Source of the DNA: Microcoleus sp.
GTDB taxonomy: Bacteria; Cyanobacteriota; Cyanobacteriia; Cyanobacteriales; Microcoleaceae
DNA length: 64,000 nucleotides
Reading direction: 5' to 3'
Assembly: GCA_042408215.1 (NCBI GenBank)
Contig: JAYFMW010000020.1
Span: forward strand, 416,001 to 480,000
In this document: positions 1-10,739 of the stretch, piece after piece
How positions within the stretch are numbered: position 1 is the stretch's first letter
Layout of the letters: every line of letters starts with the position of its first letter
Translations under genes and position numbers: made by a program
Notes under the pieces: generated by a model
Seen by the model: only the letters and a program-made list of their open reading frames with translations
The model's database searches: none
Told to the model about the DNA's origin: nothing

Positions 1-90
1 CAGTTGGCAGTTGGCAGTTGGCAGTTGGCAGTTGGCAGTTGGCAGTTAACAGTTGGCAGTTAACAGTTGACAGTTGGCAGTTGACAGTTA
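1..90. repeat. STRR-type heptamer tandem repeat (CAGTTGG/CAGTTGA)n
   Basis: About 12 tandem CAGTT(G/A)(G/A) units, typical of filamentous cyanobacteria. Confidence 0.9.
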
Positions 91-97
91 ACCATCA

Positions 98-350
98 GGA
101 CACTCCAAAAGCCCATTGGTGTCAACTTAACGTCAAACGTAGTACCTGTCTGCTGTTTGAACATTAAAGCCCGATCCCCCCGCATTCTTGCCCCCTACTC
201 AACCCCTACTCCCCTTAAGAAGGGGGGGACAGGAGTCCGATCAAAGTCCCCCTTCTTAAGGGGGATTTAGGGGGATCTAGACTCGGATAAAAACGAGATT
301 TCTCAAGGGTTTTAGTCTTAAGTTGACACCAATGGGTTCCTGGAGTGTCC
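98..350. mobile_element. Nested MITE-like element
   Basis: Inverted repeats CCCATTGGTGTCAACTTAA (112-130) and TTAAGTTGACACCAATGGG (318-336), inside outer GGACACTCCA...TGGAGTGTCC; internal CCCCTTAAG...GGGG palindromes; related copies at ~38030-38260 and ~55198. Confidence 0.8.
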
Positions 351-382
351 GACCTTGCTGACAGTCAACTGTCAACCGTCAA

Positions 383-3300
383 CTAACTCCTAAAATTCGC
401 CACTGATTTTTTCAATTTGCCAACAGAACCAGATAAATCATCAAGCGATGCTTTTACATCCGAACCTTTTTGTGCAGTTGTATTCGCAATCTCGTTTACT
501 TGCTGCATACTGCTAGAAATTTCCTCAGCCGAAACAGTTTGCTTCGCGGCAGCCCGGGTAATGTTCTGCACCAAAGAATTCATTTCCCGGCTGACTTGAA
601 TAATAGCATTCAGGTGAGTTTTAGCTTCGCTGGCGAGCCTAGTACCTTCGACAACTTCTTGCGTCCCCGATTCCATTGCTTTCATCACACGGCTGATTTC
701 TTCTTGAATTGTACCGACAATTTCGGAGATTTCCTCGGTAGCGCCGGCTGACCTTTCTGCTAATTTCCGCACTTCTTCGGCGACAACGGCAAAACCTAAA
801 CCTTGTTCGCCGGCACGGGCGGCTTCAATGGTAGCATTGAGAGCTAACAAATTAGTTTGGGAAGCAAGTTGAGAAATCGAAGTCACAATTTTGCCAATTT
901 GTTGGGAAGACTCGCCCAAACGTTTCATCATTTTTGAGGTAGAGGCGATCGTCAATCGCAGTTCGTTAATACCTTCGACAGCTCGATCGACCGCCATACC
1001 GCCGACTTCCGCCTTGTGAGAAGACTGCTGAGCCACTGTTTCAGCCCGCACCGAAACATCTCGCACGTCGCGAATCGAATTCACAATTCGATCGATTTCT
1101 CGCATGATGGCAGATATTTTTACTGCTTGAACTTCAGCTTGTTCGGTAAGTTGGCTGGTGTTGTTAATTGACTCACCGGTAGCAGATGTTACCTGCTCTG
1201 CCAAAGTTTGAATTCCGGTTACCACCTTCCGCAGAGAACCGATTAGGAAGTTGAAAGAATCGGCAACAGCACCTAAAACGTCGTTAGTAACTTCAGCTCT
1301 GACAGTCAAATCGCCTTGAGCCGCGCCTTTAATTTCTCCCAACAATTTGAGGACTTGCTGGGTCATCGAATCAGCTTCTGCTTTCCGTTCTGCTGCGAGT
1401 TTTTCTAGCCTTTCTTCTGCCTCTTTGCGCTCGGTGATGTCAAAGCGGATGGCGATATATTTAACGATTTTGCCGCTGGTGCCAAAAATCGGGGCTATCG
1501 TCGAATCTACCCAGTAAAAAGAGCCGTCTTTGCGCCGATTTTTGATTTCGCCTTTCCACACCAAGCCGCGAGAAATTGTCATCCACATTTCTTGAAAAAA
1601 TGATTTGGGGTGATAGCCGGAATTGACTATCCGGTGGTCGCGGTTCAGGATTTCTCCGATGCTGTAACCAGAGATTTGGGTGAATCTTTCATTGACGTAG
1701 GTAATCGTTCCTTTGAAGTCTGTTTCGCTGACAATCGCAGCTTCGTCAAGAGCATTTTGCCGCGTTTTGAGTTCTTGCAGCAAGCCTTCTTGTTCCTCGG
1801 CTAACTGCTGCATTCGCTTGGTAGATGCTCTTTCTTCGGTGATGTTGCGGCAGACAACTACGCCGCCTTTGAGGACGCCGGTTTGGTCTTTGAGCGGTCT
1901 GCCGTTAATTTTGAGCCACAGGCCCAGAGGCTTGCCTGCGTGGCGGGTGAAAAGCTCTATGTTGTCAACTGCTTCTCCTCGAATTGCCCGCGTTAAGGGG
2001 ATGTCGGCTGGGGGATAAGGGGTGACTGCATCGGGCAAAAATAGACCGTATTTTGCCGACCACTCGTCGGGAAGAGTATCTGTTGCACCCAAACCAAACA
2101 TATCTTGAGCTGCGGGGTTAAATAGGAGAAAATTGCCCTTTTCATCGGCCGCAATTACGCCATCGGCGATGCTGTCAATTAGCAGTTGTAACAGAGAGCT
2201 TTGCTGTCGCAGTTCGGATTCGGAACGGGCTAATTGTGATGTTGTTTCTTGTAATTGAGTAATTGCCTGTTTGCTTTCGGTAACGTCGCGAGCCACTGCA
2301 TACAAGATGTTTTCTTCGAGCAAAGGTCGCGCTTTCCATGACAGCCACTTGTAGGAACCGTCTTTGCAGCGGTAGCGATTTTCAAAAGCGATTGTTTCGA
2401 TGCCGCTGCATGATTGGCCGGTTTCGGCTGCGGTTTGTTCGCGATCGTCTGGATGGACGAAATTGATAAAAGGTTGGTCTTGCAGTTCTTCTAGGCTGTA
2501 GCCGAGGGTTGTTACCCAAGCGGGATTGACGCGCTTGAATTTGCCTTCAAAATCGGCTATGCAGAGCAAGTCGAGGGAAAGGGTGAAAAATCGATCGCGC
2601 TCTTCTTCGGCTTGTTTGCGATCGGTAATTTCTATTGCTACTCCGCCGACGCCGATGGGTTTGCCGTTCTCTCCAGGCAAAGGAAAGTAAGATGACAGCC
2701 AATACCGCAGTACGCCCGGTAGATTGAGGGTTGTACCCGACACTTCAATGTTTAAAATCGGCTCGTTCCTAGTCAGAACGCGCTCTAAGATCGGCTCTAG
2801 GGTATCGCTCATTTCTGGTATAACTTCCCTAACCGTCTTCCCGAGGTGTTCGGCAACTGAGGGCCCGGTGGTTTCGACCATTTTTTCGTTGACTTGCACG
2901 AAACGCAAATGGTCGTCAAAGATAAACATTGAGGCTGGGGCGGCTGCAAAAAATGCGTCAAAGCGGGCTTGACGCAAAGCGAGTTCTCGTTCTAGGTGTT
3001 TGCGCTCGCTGATGTCGCGGCCTTCGGCGAGTATTTGAAATACTTCCCCTGCTTGATTTAATAGGGGCTTAAACGATAGATCAATTACTATCACCTGGTT
3101 ATTGACTCCGGTGATTTCGTATTCTGAGCGGACAAATTTGCCGGCGGAGACTTGTTGAATGTTAGTTTTTAGCTGTTGCTGGTTAGTTGGGGATGAGGCC
3201 CACCAGGGTGTCTGCCAAAATTTCCGCCCCAGCACCTCTGACGGTTGGAAATCGCCCAAGGACAGCGCTGTTTGATTGGCTTCGATCAGAGTACCGTCGG

Positions 3301-3757
3301 GCTCCAATAGCGCTATTAATTGAAAAGCTCGATCGAAGATTGCCTGGAATCGCTGAGTAGTTTCGCTGAGGGCTTGTTCTGTTTCTTTTTTAGATTGAAG
3401 AATTTGGGTGGAACCTACTAAGAATTCGTAGCGGTTGGAGAGGCTTAAAAAGGCGATCGCCGGAATTACAGTAATCCAATCGGACAGAGTTTGCAACACT
3501 GGGGAGTGTGGCAATCCTAAGTATTCTGCTGCGTGCCCGCCGTGCCCGAAGGCACAACTCCAAAATAGGCCGGCTGTGACTGTGGCGAAGATGTCGAACC
3601 TCGGACGGCTTCGCCACAAACCTAAGCTAATTAGTGAGGCGATCGCCAAGTAACAGAAAGAAATGATGCAATTAGCTACCCCAAGCAGTAGCGGTTGGGA
3701 GATGTCAGGTAATGTTAGGGTGAAAGTTGTTGCGAGAAAGTAATAGACAAGTTTCAT
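383..3757 (-). CDS. Methyl-accepting chemotaxis protein with N-terminal membrane domain, five PAS/PAC domains, HAMP and MCP signalling domain
   Basis: C-terminal [37 protein letters not shown] hairpin motif; repeated PAC motifs ([31 protein letters not shown]); hydrophobic N-terminus. ATG at 3757 preferred over TTG at 3805. Confidence 0.93.
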   Translation of the reverse strand: MKLVYYFLATTFTLTLPDISQPLLLGVANCIISFCYLAIASLISLGLWRSRPRFDIFATVTAGLFWSCAFGHGGHAAEYLGLPHSPVLQTLSDWITVIPAIAFLSLSNRYEFLVGSTQILQSKKETEQALSETTQRFQAIFDRAFQLIALLEPDGTLIEANQTALSLGDFQPSEVLGRKFWQTPWWASSPTNQQQLKTNIQQVSAGKFVRSEYEITGVNNQVIVIDLSFKPLLNQAGEVFQILAEGRDISERKHLERELALRQARFDAFFAAAPASMFIFDDHLRFVQVNEKMVETTGPSVAEHLGKTVREVIPEMSDTLEPILERVLTRNEPILNIEVSGTTLNLPGVLRYWLSSYFPLPGENGKPIGVGGVAIEITDRKQAEEERDRFFTLSLDLLCIADFEGKFKRVNPAWVTTLGYSLEELQDQPFINFVHPDDREQTAAETGQSCSGIETIAFENRYRCKDGSYKWLSWKARPLLEENILYAVARDVTESKQAITQLQETTSQLARSESELRQQSSLLQLLIDSIADGVIAADEKGNFLLFNPAAQDMFGLGATDTLPDEWSAKYGLFLPDAVTPYPPADIPLTRAIRGEAVDNIELFTRHAGKPLGLWLKINGRPLKDQTGVLKGGVVVCRNITEERASTKRMQQLAEEQEGLLQELKTRQNALDEAAIVSETDFKGTITYVNERFTQISGYSIGEILNRDHRIVNSGYHPKSFFQEMWMTISRGLVWKGEIKNRRKDGSFYWVDSTIAPIFGTSGKIVKYIAIRFDITERKEAEERLEKLAAERKAEADSMTQQVLKLLGEIKGAAQGDLTVRAEVTNDVLGAVADSFNFLIGSLRKVVTGIQTLAEQVTSATGESINNTSQLTEQAEVQAVKISAIMREIDRIVNSIRDVRDVSVRAETVAQQSSHKAEVGGMAVDRAVEGINELRLTIASTSKMMKRLGESSQQIGKIVTSISQLASQTNLLALNATIEAARAGEQGLGFAVVAEEVRKLAERSAGATEEISEIVGTIQEEISRVMKAMESGTQEVVEGTRLASEAKTHLNAIIQVSREMNSLVQNITRAAAKQTVSAEEISSSMQQVNEIANTTAQKGSDVKASLDDLSGSVGKLKKSVANFRS

Positions 3758-3862
3758 AGTAAAATTGATAATTGGCAAATCGAATCCGGGCGATCGTGAC
3801 TGCAACTTTTTGAGGGCGACAAAAAGTTAGTAAATGTACTCGTAACTCCCCATTCTCTATTT

Positions 3863-4363
3863 TTACCAGCGTTCGGAATGGGCGATCGCTTCTACATCGA
3901 CAATCATTAGCAAGCGTCCATCACAATTGTACAGACCTTTTAAAAATGGAGCGAGATCGGGACTGACATCTATTGCGGAGACAATGCGATCGGGATTTAG
4001 AGGTAAAACTCCTTCGACGCGGGAGACAGCCAATCCCATCCGCATTCTCGACAATCTCACATCTCGCGGATCAGGCGCTTCCACCACTAAGATGCGACTG
4101 CTGGGATGGTGGGTGTCCACAGGTTCGATACCTGTGAAGCGCCCGAAGTCTGCTGCTGCTAAAATTTCGCCCCGCAAGTTAGTTAATCCCAGCAAAAATG
4201 GCTGGGTATTCGGCACCGGCGAAATCGGTTGTTCCTTGAGGGAAAGCACTTCCCGCACTGCATCTAACTCTAGGCCAAAAAGACTGCTTCCTTGACCGAA
4301 GACGAGGAATTGCTTTGTTTCACTTGTCTGAGTTGCCGTACTGGTGGCTGCGGTTGCTTTCAT
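3863..4363 (-). CDS. cheW: CheW/PilI-like coupling protein
   Basis: VPNTQPFLLGLTNLRGEI and GLAVSRVEGV motifs; lies directly upstream of the MCP. Confidence 0.9.
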   Translation of the reverse strand: MKATAATSTATQTSETKQFLVFGQGSSLFGLELDAVREVLSLKEQPISPVPNTQPFLLGLTNLRGEILAAADFGRFTGIEPVDTHHPSSRILVVEAPDPRDVRLSRMRMGLAVSRVEGVLPLNPDRIVSAIDVSPDLAPFLKGLYNCDGRLLMIVDVEAIAHSERW

Positions 4364-4434
4364 GAATTATTTTTAGGAGTTTTCGCGGTATGATGTTTTT
4401 TCATTGGCGGCTCTGAGAACACTTGATATTTGCT

Positions 4435-4800
4435 TTATGCTGATAGCAAACGCTGTACGATGTTGACGAGTTGCTGCGCTGCAAAGGGCTTGCTGACGTA
4501 AGCATCGGCTCCTAAATCGGTTCCCCAAGCTCGATCGATCTCGGTGCTTTTGTGAGTACAAAATACTACTGGCAAGTGTGCGGTTTTGCGATCGCCCCGT
4601 AATTCTCCGATCACTTCAAATCCGTTCATTCGGGGCATCACTACATCTAAAACGACGAGATCCGGAGGAGTTTTTCGGATCAGGGCGATCGCTTCTTCGC
4701 CATCAATAGCCCGCATCACCTTGATGCCCGCATCTTGAAGAATCCGACAGATGATTTCCAGTTCGCTGGGAACGTCGTCTACTACTAAAACTGTGGACAT
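4435..4800 (-). CDS. Single-domain response regulator (CheY/PilH-like)
   Basis: VLVVDD, LVVLDVVMP and KPF motifs; DRAWG...GADAY typical of PilH-type regulators. Confidence 0.92.
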   Translation of the reverse strand: MSTVLVVDDVPSELEIICRILQDAGIKVMRAIDGEEAIALIRKTPPDLVVLDVVMPRMNGFEVIGELRGDRKTAHLPVVFCTHKSTEIDRAWGTDLGADAYVSKPFAAQQLVNIVQRLLSA

Positions 4801-5142
4801 ACTTACTGAATTCCTTGCGATTATTGACCGAGATCATTTGGCTCCAAAAGTGAAGCCATTGGCTGTTAGTCTAGACCGCTTTGCGAACAAATTAACATAG
4901 CTTGTAAATACAATATAGCTGATTTTAGTTGTGAGTTTTGATCTGGGGGGAGAATAGAACCTGGGGAATTGGGCTCTAGCGTTGCTCCGGGATGGGGCCT
5001 AGGGCCTAGGGGATGAACACAATTTTAGATGGGAAATTTTAGATTGATTAGTAATTTTCATCTAAAATCGCATTGGGATGAGTTGACAGCCGAACTTTGA
5101 TAGGATAATACATATTCATCAAAGCTTTCAAACAAGGTACTT

Positions 5143-6003
5143 ATGCTCGCATCAACTAGCGAATTGTTACACACTGCCCGGAGAAACGCTTATGCGATCG
5201 GTGCTTTTAACGTCTACAACCTCGAAGGAGTAAAAGCCGTCATCGATGCCGCAGAAGCCCTTCAAAGCCCAGCCATGCTGCAACTTCACCCCAGCGCCCT
5301 CAAATATGGAAAATCTCCTTTAGTAGCACTTTGCATGGAAGCAGCGCGCAAATCTTTAGTGCCGATTGCTGTTCACTTAGATCACAGCACCTCCACCAAA
5401 GATATTGATTTAGCCCTCGCAGCAGGGATCAAATCAATTATGGCAGATGGTTCGCATTTACCCTACGAAGGCAACTTAAAATTTACCCGCGAAATGACTC
5501 AATTATCCCACGCTAACGGTGCTGTTGTCGAAGCAGAAATCGGCAGAATTAGCGGCACAGAAGATGGTTTGACCATCGCCGAAAAAGAAGCAAAAATGAC
5601 CGACCCAATCCAAGCAATTGAATTTGTAAAAGAAACTCAAGTCGATGCTTTGGCTGTTACAATTGGCAACGTTCACGGCAAATATCTCAGCGAACCGAGA
5701 CTCGATTTTCCGCGTTTGGCAAAAATACGCGATGCAGTAGCAGTGCCGCTGGTTCTTCACGGTGCTAGCGGTTTGCCGGAAACAATGATTAGTCAATCTA
5801 TTAAACTAGGAGTAGCTAAATTTAATGTCAATACGGAAGTTCGCGAAGCTTATATGGATGTGTTAAAAACTACCGCTTCTTTGTCAGATCCAGATTTGTT
5901 GGAAGTGATGGAAAAAGCAATTGATGCAATGGGAATGGTAATTTCCGAAAAACTGCAACTTTTCGGCTCGGCTGGTAAAGCTTATTTGCACCAATCTCCC
6001 TAG
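5143..6003 (+). CDS. Class II fructose/tagatose-bisphosphate aldolase family protein
   Basis: VHLDH, GNVHG, LVLHGASG and KFNVNTE motifs. Confidence 0.9.
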   Translation: MLASTSELLHTARRNAYAIGAFNVYNLEGVKAVIDAAEALQSPAMLQLHPSALKYGKSPLVALCMEAARKSLVPIAVHLDHSTSTKDIDLALAAGIKSIMADGSHLPYEGNLKFTREMTQLSHANGAVVEAEIGRISGTEDGLTIAEKEAKMTDPIQAIEFVKETQVDALAVTIGNVHGKYLSEPRLDFPRLAKIRDAVAVPLVLHGASGLPETMISQSIKLGVAKFNVNTEVREAYMDVLKTTASLSDPDLLEVMEKAIDAMGMVISEKLQLFGSAGKAYLHQSP

Positions 6004-6278
6004 GCTGAAATATTGACCGTCAACGGTGTCAACGGCAAAAAAGCTTCAACTTCACAAGTTGCTGTCAAATAACCACTCAGGACTAACCAATAGCTGGCAA
6101 ATTGAGGTAATCTAAGTAAGTGGGTACAAACTGAGAGCAGGCACCATTGTCAATAAGCCTTTCAGCGGCGGGCTCTCGTGCCCACCCCACAAGAAATAAA
6201 TTTTATTGTGGAACAGGCCGAAAAGCCTGTTGCTGACATTGTTATTAATCATTAGCAATTTCATTTCCGACGCCGACT

Positions 6279-8474
6279 ATGCTCAACATTCCTCAACTCA
6301 TTGCTCAAGAACTTTCCGTCCATCTCTCTCAAGTCAATAATGCTCTGGAACTTTTCGCCGAAGGAGCAACAATTCCGTTTATTGCTCGGTATCGTAAAGA
6401 ACGTACTGATTCTCTGAACGAAATTCATTTGCGTGATATCTCCGATCGCTTCACCTACCTCACGGAAATCGAAGCACGAAAAACCACAATTTTAGAGACT
6501 ATTTCCTCTCTAGGTAAACTTACCGAAGAACTGCAAGCAAAAATCGAATCCTGTTTGCAAAAAACTGAACTAGAAGATCTTTACTTACCTTACAAACCCA
6601 AGCGGCGCACGCGAGCAACAATTGCTAGAGAAAAAGGTTTAGAACCCCTCGCAGAATTCATCAAATCCCTGAACCAACCCTCATCTCAACCAGTACCTCT
6701 CGAAGCAGAAGCAGCCAAATATATTTCTGAAGAAAAGGGAGTCAAAACACCGGAAGAAGCTCTCAAAGGTGCTGGGGATATTTTAGCAGAATCTGTATCT
6801 GAAAAAGCAGAACGGCGGGCCGATCTGCGAGATTTTTTGATGACAACAGCAGTGTTTATATCTAAAATTAAAGATGAGTTTCCAGAGGGAAGTACGAAGT
6901 TTGAAATGTACCGGAGTTATCAAGTTGCTGTGAGAAGCGTTCACTCACATAATATGTTAGCACTATTTCGGGGCGAAAGTGAAGGAATCTTAGATTTAGA
7001 AATCTCCTTTGATGAATCAGCAGTAACGGCTTATTTGGAGTCGGCAGAAATTAGAACTAAGATACCGGAAGTCAAAGATTTTTATCGCTTGATGCTGAAA
7101 GATGCTTTCAATCGGTTGATGAAAACTTCGTTAATTACAGAAGTGCGATCGGACCGAAAAAATGCTGCTGATATTGAGTCAATCAAAACCTTTGAAACTA
7201 ACCTCCGTGAGTTGCTGCTGTCTGCGCCAGCGGGTATGAAACCGACATTAGCAATAGATCCGGGATTTCGGACTGGGTGCAAAGTTTCTGCACTAGATGA
7301 AACCGGGCAATTTTTGGAATATCAAGCAATTTTTCCCCACCAAGCGGCCGGACAAAGACAGCAAGCTGCTACAATTGTCAAGCGTTTAATTGAAAAATAT
7401 AAGATTGAATTAATTGCGATCGGTAATGGTACAGCTTCCCGCGAAACAGAGGAGTTTGTTTCCGAAGTTTTGGCAGAATTAGACAGAAAGCCCATTAAAG
7501 TGATGGTGAATGAATCAGGTGCATCGATTTATTCGGCTAGCGATGTGGCGATCGCCGAATTTCCCGATCTCGACATCACCGTCAGGGGCGCAGTCAGCAT
7601 CGGAAGGCGTTTACAAGATCCTTTAGCCGAACTCGTCAAAATCGACCCCAAATCCATCGGAGTTGGACAATACCAGCACGACGTTGACCAAAAATTGCTC
7701 AAAAAGAAACTAGATGAAACAGTAGAAAGCTGTGTCAACTATGTAGGAGTAGACTTAAACACAGCCTCGAAAGAATTGCTGACATTTGTGTCAGGAATGA
7801 GTCCAACAGTTGCCAAAAATATTGTCAATTACCGCAACGAAAACGGCGCGTTTAAAAATCGTCGCCAACTCCTAAAAGTCCCTAAACTCGGCCCCAAAGC
7901 CTTTGAACAAGCGGCGGGTTTCCTGCGAATTCGCAACGGCGAAAACCTGTTAGATAATACAGCAGTCCATCCAGAAAGTTATGCTGTGGTTCAGGCGATC
8001 GCCAAAGATTTAGACTTACCACTCACGGACGTAACACAAATCGCCGAAAAAGTCAAGACTGTAAACATTAAAAAATATGTCACCGAGCAAGTCGGCGAAC
8101 CCACACTCAGGGACATTATTTCCGAACTAGAAAAACCAGGAAGAGACCCGCGAGCCGAATTTAAATACGCTACTTTTAAAGCAGGAATCAAAGGAATTTC
8201 TGACTTGACAGTTGGGATGGAATTAGAAGGAATAATCACCAACGTAGCTAACTTTGGAGCTTTCGTAGATGTGGGAGTGCACCAAGATGGTTTAGTGCAT
8301 ATTTCTCAATTAGCTGACAGATTTGTAGAAGATCCGAAGCAAATAGTCAAAGTCGGACAAGTTGTGAAAGTCAAAGTGTTAGAAATTAATGAAAAACTGA
8401 AGCGAGTCAGTCTGACGATGAGGTTGCAGGAAAAACAACAAAAGTTCGATCGACCCAGCCCGCGCAAGTATTAA
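6279..8474 (+). CDS. tex: Tex family RNA-binding transcriptional accessory protein
   Basis: GATIPFIARYRKE, IDPGFRTGCK and IDPKSIGVGQYQHD motifs; C-terminal S1 domain. Confidence 0.96.
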   Translation: MLNIPQLIAQELSVHLSQVNNALELFAEGATIPFIARYRKERTDSLNEIHLRDISDRFTYLTEIEARKTTILETISSLGKLTEELQAKIESCLQKTELEDLYLPYKPKRRTRATIAREKGLEPLAEFIKSLNQPSSQPVPLEAEAAKYISEEKGVKTPEEALKGAGDILAESVSEKAERRADLRDFLMTTAVFISKIKDEFPEGSTKFEMYRSYQVAVRSVHSHNMLALFRGESEGILDLEISFDESAVTAYLESAEIRTKIPEVKDFYRLMLKDAFNRLMKTSLITEVRSDRKNAADIESIKTFETNLRELLLSAPAGMKPTLAIDPGFRTGCKVSALDETGQFLEYQAIFPHQAAGQRQQAATIVKRLIEKYKIELIAIGNGTASRETEEFVSEVLAELDRKPIKVMVNESGASIYSASDVAIAEFPDLDITVRGAVSIGRRLQDPLAELVKIDPKSIGVGQYQHDVDQKLLKKKLDETVESCVNYVGVDLNTASKELLTFVSGMSPTVAKNIVNYRNENGAFKNRRQLLKVPKLGPKAFEQAAGFLRIRNGENLLDNTAVHPESYAVVQAIAKDLDLPLTDVTQIAEKVKTVNIKKYVTEQVGEPTLRDIISELEKPGRDPRAEFKYATFKAGIKGISDLTVGMELEGIITNVANFGAFVDVGVHQDGLVHISQLADRFVEDPKQIVKVGQVVKVKVLEINEKLKRVSLTMRLQEKQQKFDRPSPRKY

Positions 8475-8482
8475 AATCAGGC

Positions 8483-8526
8483 AGACTCTACTTGTAGGGT
8501 GCGCACTGCGCACCTTACTACTACAA
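8483..8526. repeat. GTAG-type REP-like palindrome
   Basis: CAGACTCTACTTGTAGGGTGC...GCACCTTACTACTACAA; near-identical copy at ~46970-47015 and a partial copy at ~50500-50530. Confidence 0.7.
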
Positions 8527-9696
8527 ACTGATTAACTCAAGCAGGGCCTTAGCCAAATATTCATACTGCGGCAAAGTGTTGTAATACTGAGCCGAAATCC
8601 TTACCAGCCGCCCCCTTGCATCAGGCCAAGGAATCACCGGCACCTCTATTTTAAAAATCTCCCACAAAGCCTCTTGTAAAGGTGCAATTCCTCCCTTTGT
8701 AACCGCATCAGACTTTTCATCCGGGAGTTGTACAACAGCCATCGAACCCACCATTTCATCGGGACAAGGCTGCGGCAAATCTAATTTTTCCAGCAATATC
8801 TGTCTTCCTGCTAATGCCAAAGCATGATTTCGTTCCATTAATTCCGGCCATCCGCCATCCAACAAAGAACCCATAAAATCAATAGCAACAGGGACGCACA
8901 AATAGGGACTAGGATCGACAGTTCCCATCCAGTCAAATTCCAATTGAAAGCGCGATTTATCAGTACGCGGCGAATTAGCACCGTGACTGATAGTTGTTGG
9001 CCGAATAGCATCTTGCTTGTCGCGTCGCACGTACAAAAAACCAGCTCCTTTCGGCGCGCACAGCCACTTGTGGCAATTTCCAGTGTAGTAAGCAGCGCCA
9101 ATTTCATCTAAATTGAGCGCTACCATGCCCGGCGCGTGAGCACCGTCTACTAATACATCCACGCCGCAGTTAGCTAACTCGCTTACTAACTGTTTGATGG
9201 GAAAGATTAAACCCGTTTGACTTACAATATGGTCTAATAATGCTAACTTTGTTTTCGGTGAAACGCACTTAATTACCGCTTCAATAATTTGTTCCGGCGA
9301 CTCTATTGGAAACGGCACTTCGGCTAGGATTACTTTAGCGCCTGTGCGACTAGCAACAAAATCAAGTGTATTGCGACAAGCGTTGTATTCCTGACTGGTA
9401 GTTAGTAATTCGTCACCGGGCTCAAAAAAGAGCGATCGCAAAACCGCATTCACTCCCGTCGTCGCATTCGGCACAAAAACCAACTCATTCGCATCCGCCC
9501 CGATAAATGTCGCCAACTGATTTCTAGCTTGATCCAACAGTGGCTCAAATTCCCGCATCAAAAAGCGCAAAGGTTCCCTTTCCAACTGTTCTCGAAAACA
9601 GGTTTGTGCTTCGAGTACGGGAATTGGACAAGCGCCAAAAGAGCCGTGATTGAGAAAAGTTATATCGCGTTCGAGTAACCAATATTCTAGATTCAT
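8521..9696 (-). CDS. Class V PLP-dependent aminotransferase (isopenicillin-N epimerase / C-S lyase-like)
   Basis: FLNHGSFGACP, VDGAHAPG and GNCHKWLCAPKG motifs. Confidence 0.88.
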   Translation of the reverse strand: MNLEYWLLERDITFLNHGSFGACPIPVLEAQTCFREQLEREPLRFLMREFEPLLDQARNQLATFIGADANELVFVPNATTGVNAVLRSLFFEPGDELLTTSQEYNACRNTLDFVASRTGAKVILAEVPFPIESPEQIIEAVIKCVSPKTKLALLDHIVSQTGLIFPIKQLVSELANCGVDVLVDGAHAPGMVALNLDEIGAAYYTGNCHKWLCAPKGAGFLYVRRDKQDAIRPTTISHGANSPRTDKSRFQLEFDWMGTVDPSPYLCVPVAIDFMGSLLDGGWPELMERNHALALAGRQILLEKLDLPQPCPDEMVGSMAVVQLPDEKSDAVTKGGIAPLQEALWEIFKIEVPVIPWPDARGRLVRISAQYYNTLPQYEYLAKALLELISL

Positions 9697-9699
9697 TTG

Positions 9700-9915
9700 T
9701 GATTGGTAATTTGTAATTGGTAATGGGTAATTGGTAATTGGTAATTGGTAATTGGTAATTGGTAATTGGTAATTGTTATTTGTTGTTGGTAGGTGGGTGA
9801 CTATTATGTGTTGGTTATTGATTGTTGTTTAGAATAACCAATAACCAATAACCAATAACCAATAACCAATAACCAATAACCAATAACCAATAACTAATGA
9901 CTAATGACTAATGAC
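9700..9915. repeat. STRR heptamer tracts (GGTAATT)n and (AATAACC)n
   Basis: Tandem heptamers seen directly. Confidence 0.9.
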
Positions 9916-10510
9916 TAATTTTACCCTTTAATTGCTCAAACTCTTCAAGTGTATTGCAATTTGACAACATTACCGCTTCTCGTTCCCCTACAGGCAGAGG
10001 AATTGCCGCAATTTGACTCAACCACACTTGAAATGAACTCCCCCCTGACTCAATAAAAGTTTGCAAACTTGACAGAGATTGGCGATGGTAGAAGCCGCAC
10101 AAAGGTTCCCAACGCGAATTTTGATAAGGCACAATGGCTAAAGTAGATATTGGTACTGTCGTTAACTGATTGGCCCAATTCTGAATAATTTGGGCCTCCA
10201 ACAAAGGCAAATCGCAAGCTAAGAGTAAAATCCATTCAGCAGCAATTTCAGTCAATCCCTGAGTCAAAGCAACTAGAGGCCCGGAACCAGGATTATACTC
10301 TACCAGAAATTGGCATTCTTTAGTTAAAGTCGATCGATAGCGATCGGGCCAAGAAGTAAGAACATAAACTTCTGAAGTTAAACTCACAGCAACTTCGCAC
10401 GCCCGCTGCAATAAAGATTTACCCTCAATTTCTAAAAGAGCCTTATCCCTACCCATGCGCGAACTCTTGCCACCTGCAAGCACTAAAACAGCAATTTTAT
10501 CATTAGTCAT
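9908..10510 (-). CDS. mobA: Molybdenum cofactor guanylyltransferase
   Basis: LAGGKSSRMGRDKALL, GPL and ACDLP motifs. Confidence 0.92.
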   Translation of the reverse strand: MTNDKIAVLVLAGGKSSRMGRDKALLEIEGKSLLQRACEVAVSLTSEVYVLTSWPDRYRSTLTKECQFLVEYNPGSGPLVALTQGLTEIAAEWILLLACDLPLLEAQIIQNWANQLTTVPISTLAIVPYQNSRWEPLCGFYHRQSLSSLQTFIESGGSSFQVWLSQIAAIPLPVGEREAVMLSNCNTLEEFEQLKGKISH

Positions 10511-10606
10511 TGGTTATGGGGAATAGGGAATAGGGAATGGGGCATTGGGCATGGGGCATCGATGCACTCTCGTCTTGGGAATTGGGAATTAGTAATGTGT
10601 GATTAG

Positions 10607-10714
10607 TATAGCCTTTCTCAGAAAGATGAGGTACGACTGGGCATAGGGCATGGGGCATGGGGCATAGGGCATAGGGTTCCGTGGGCATACCTCACTTTTT
10701 TGAGAACCGCTATA
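10607..10714. mobile_element. MITE-like element with TATAGC..TTCTCA / TGAGAA..GCTATA ends and a (GGGCATA)n core
   Basis: Imperfect terminal inverted repeats; copies in the opposite orientation at 17818-17927 and 47095-47209. Confidence 0.75.
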
Positions 10715-10739
10715 AGTGGTAATTTGTAGCAAAGAACAA

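Noticed and set aside
10503..10688. 61-aa ORF MPTEPYALCPMPHALCP...
   Set aside because: It is translation of heptamer repeats and MITE sequence
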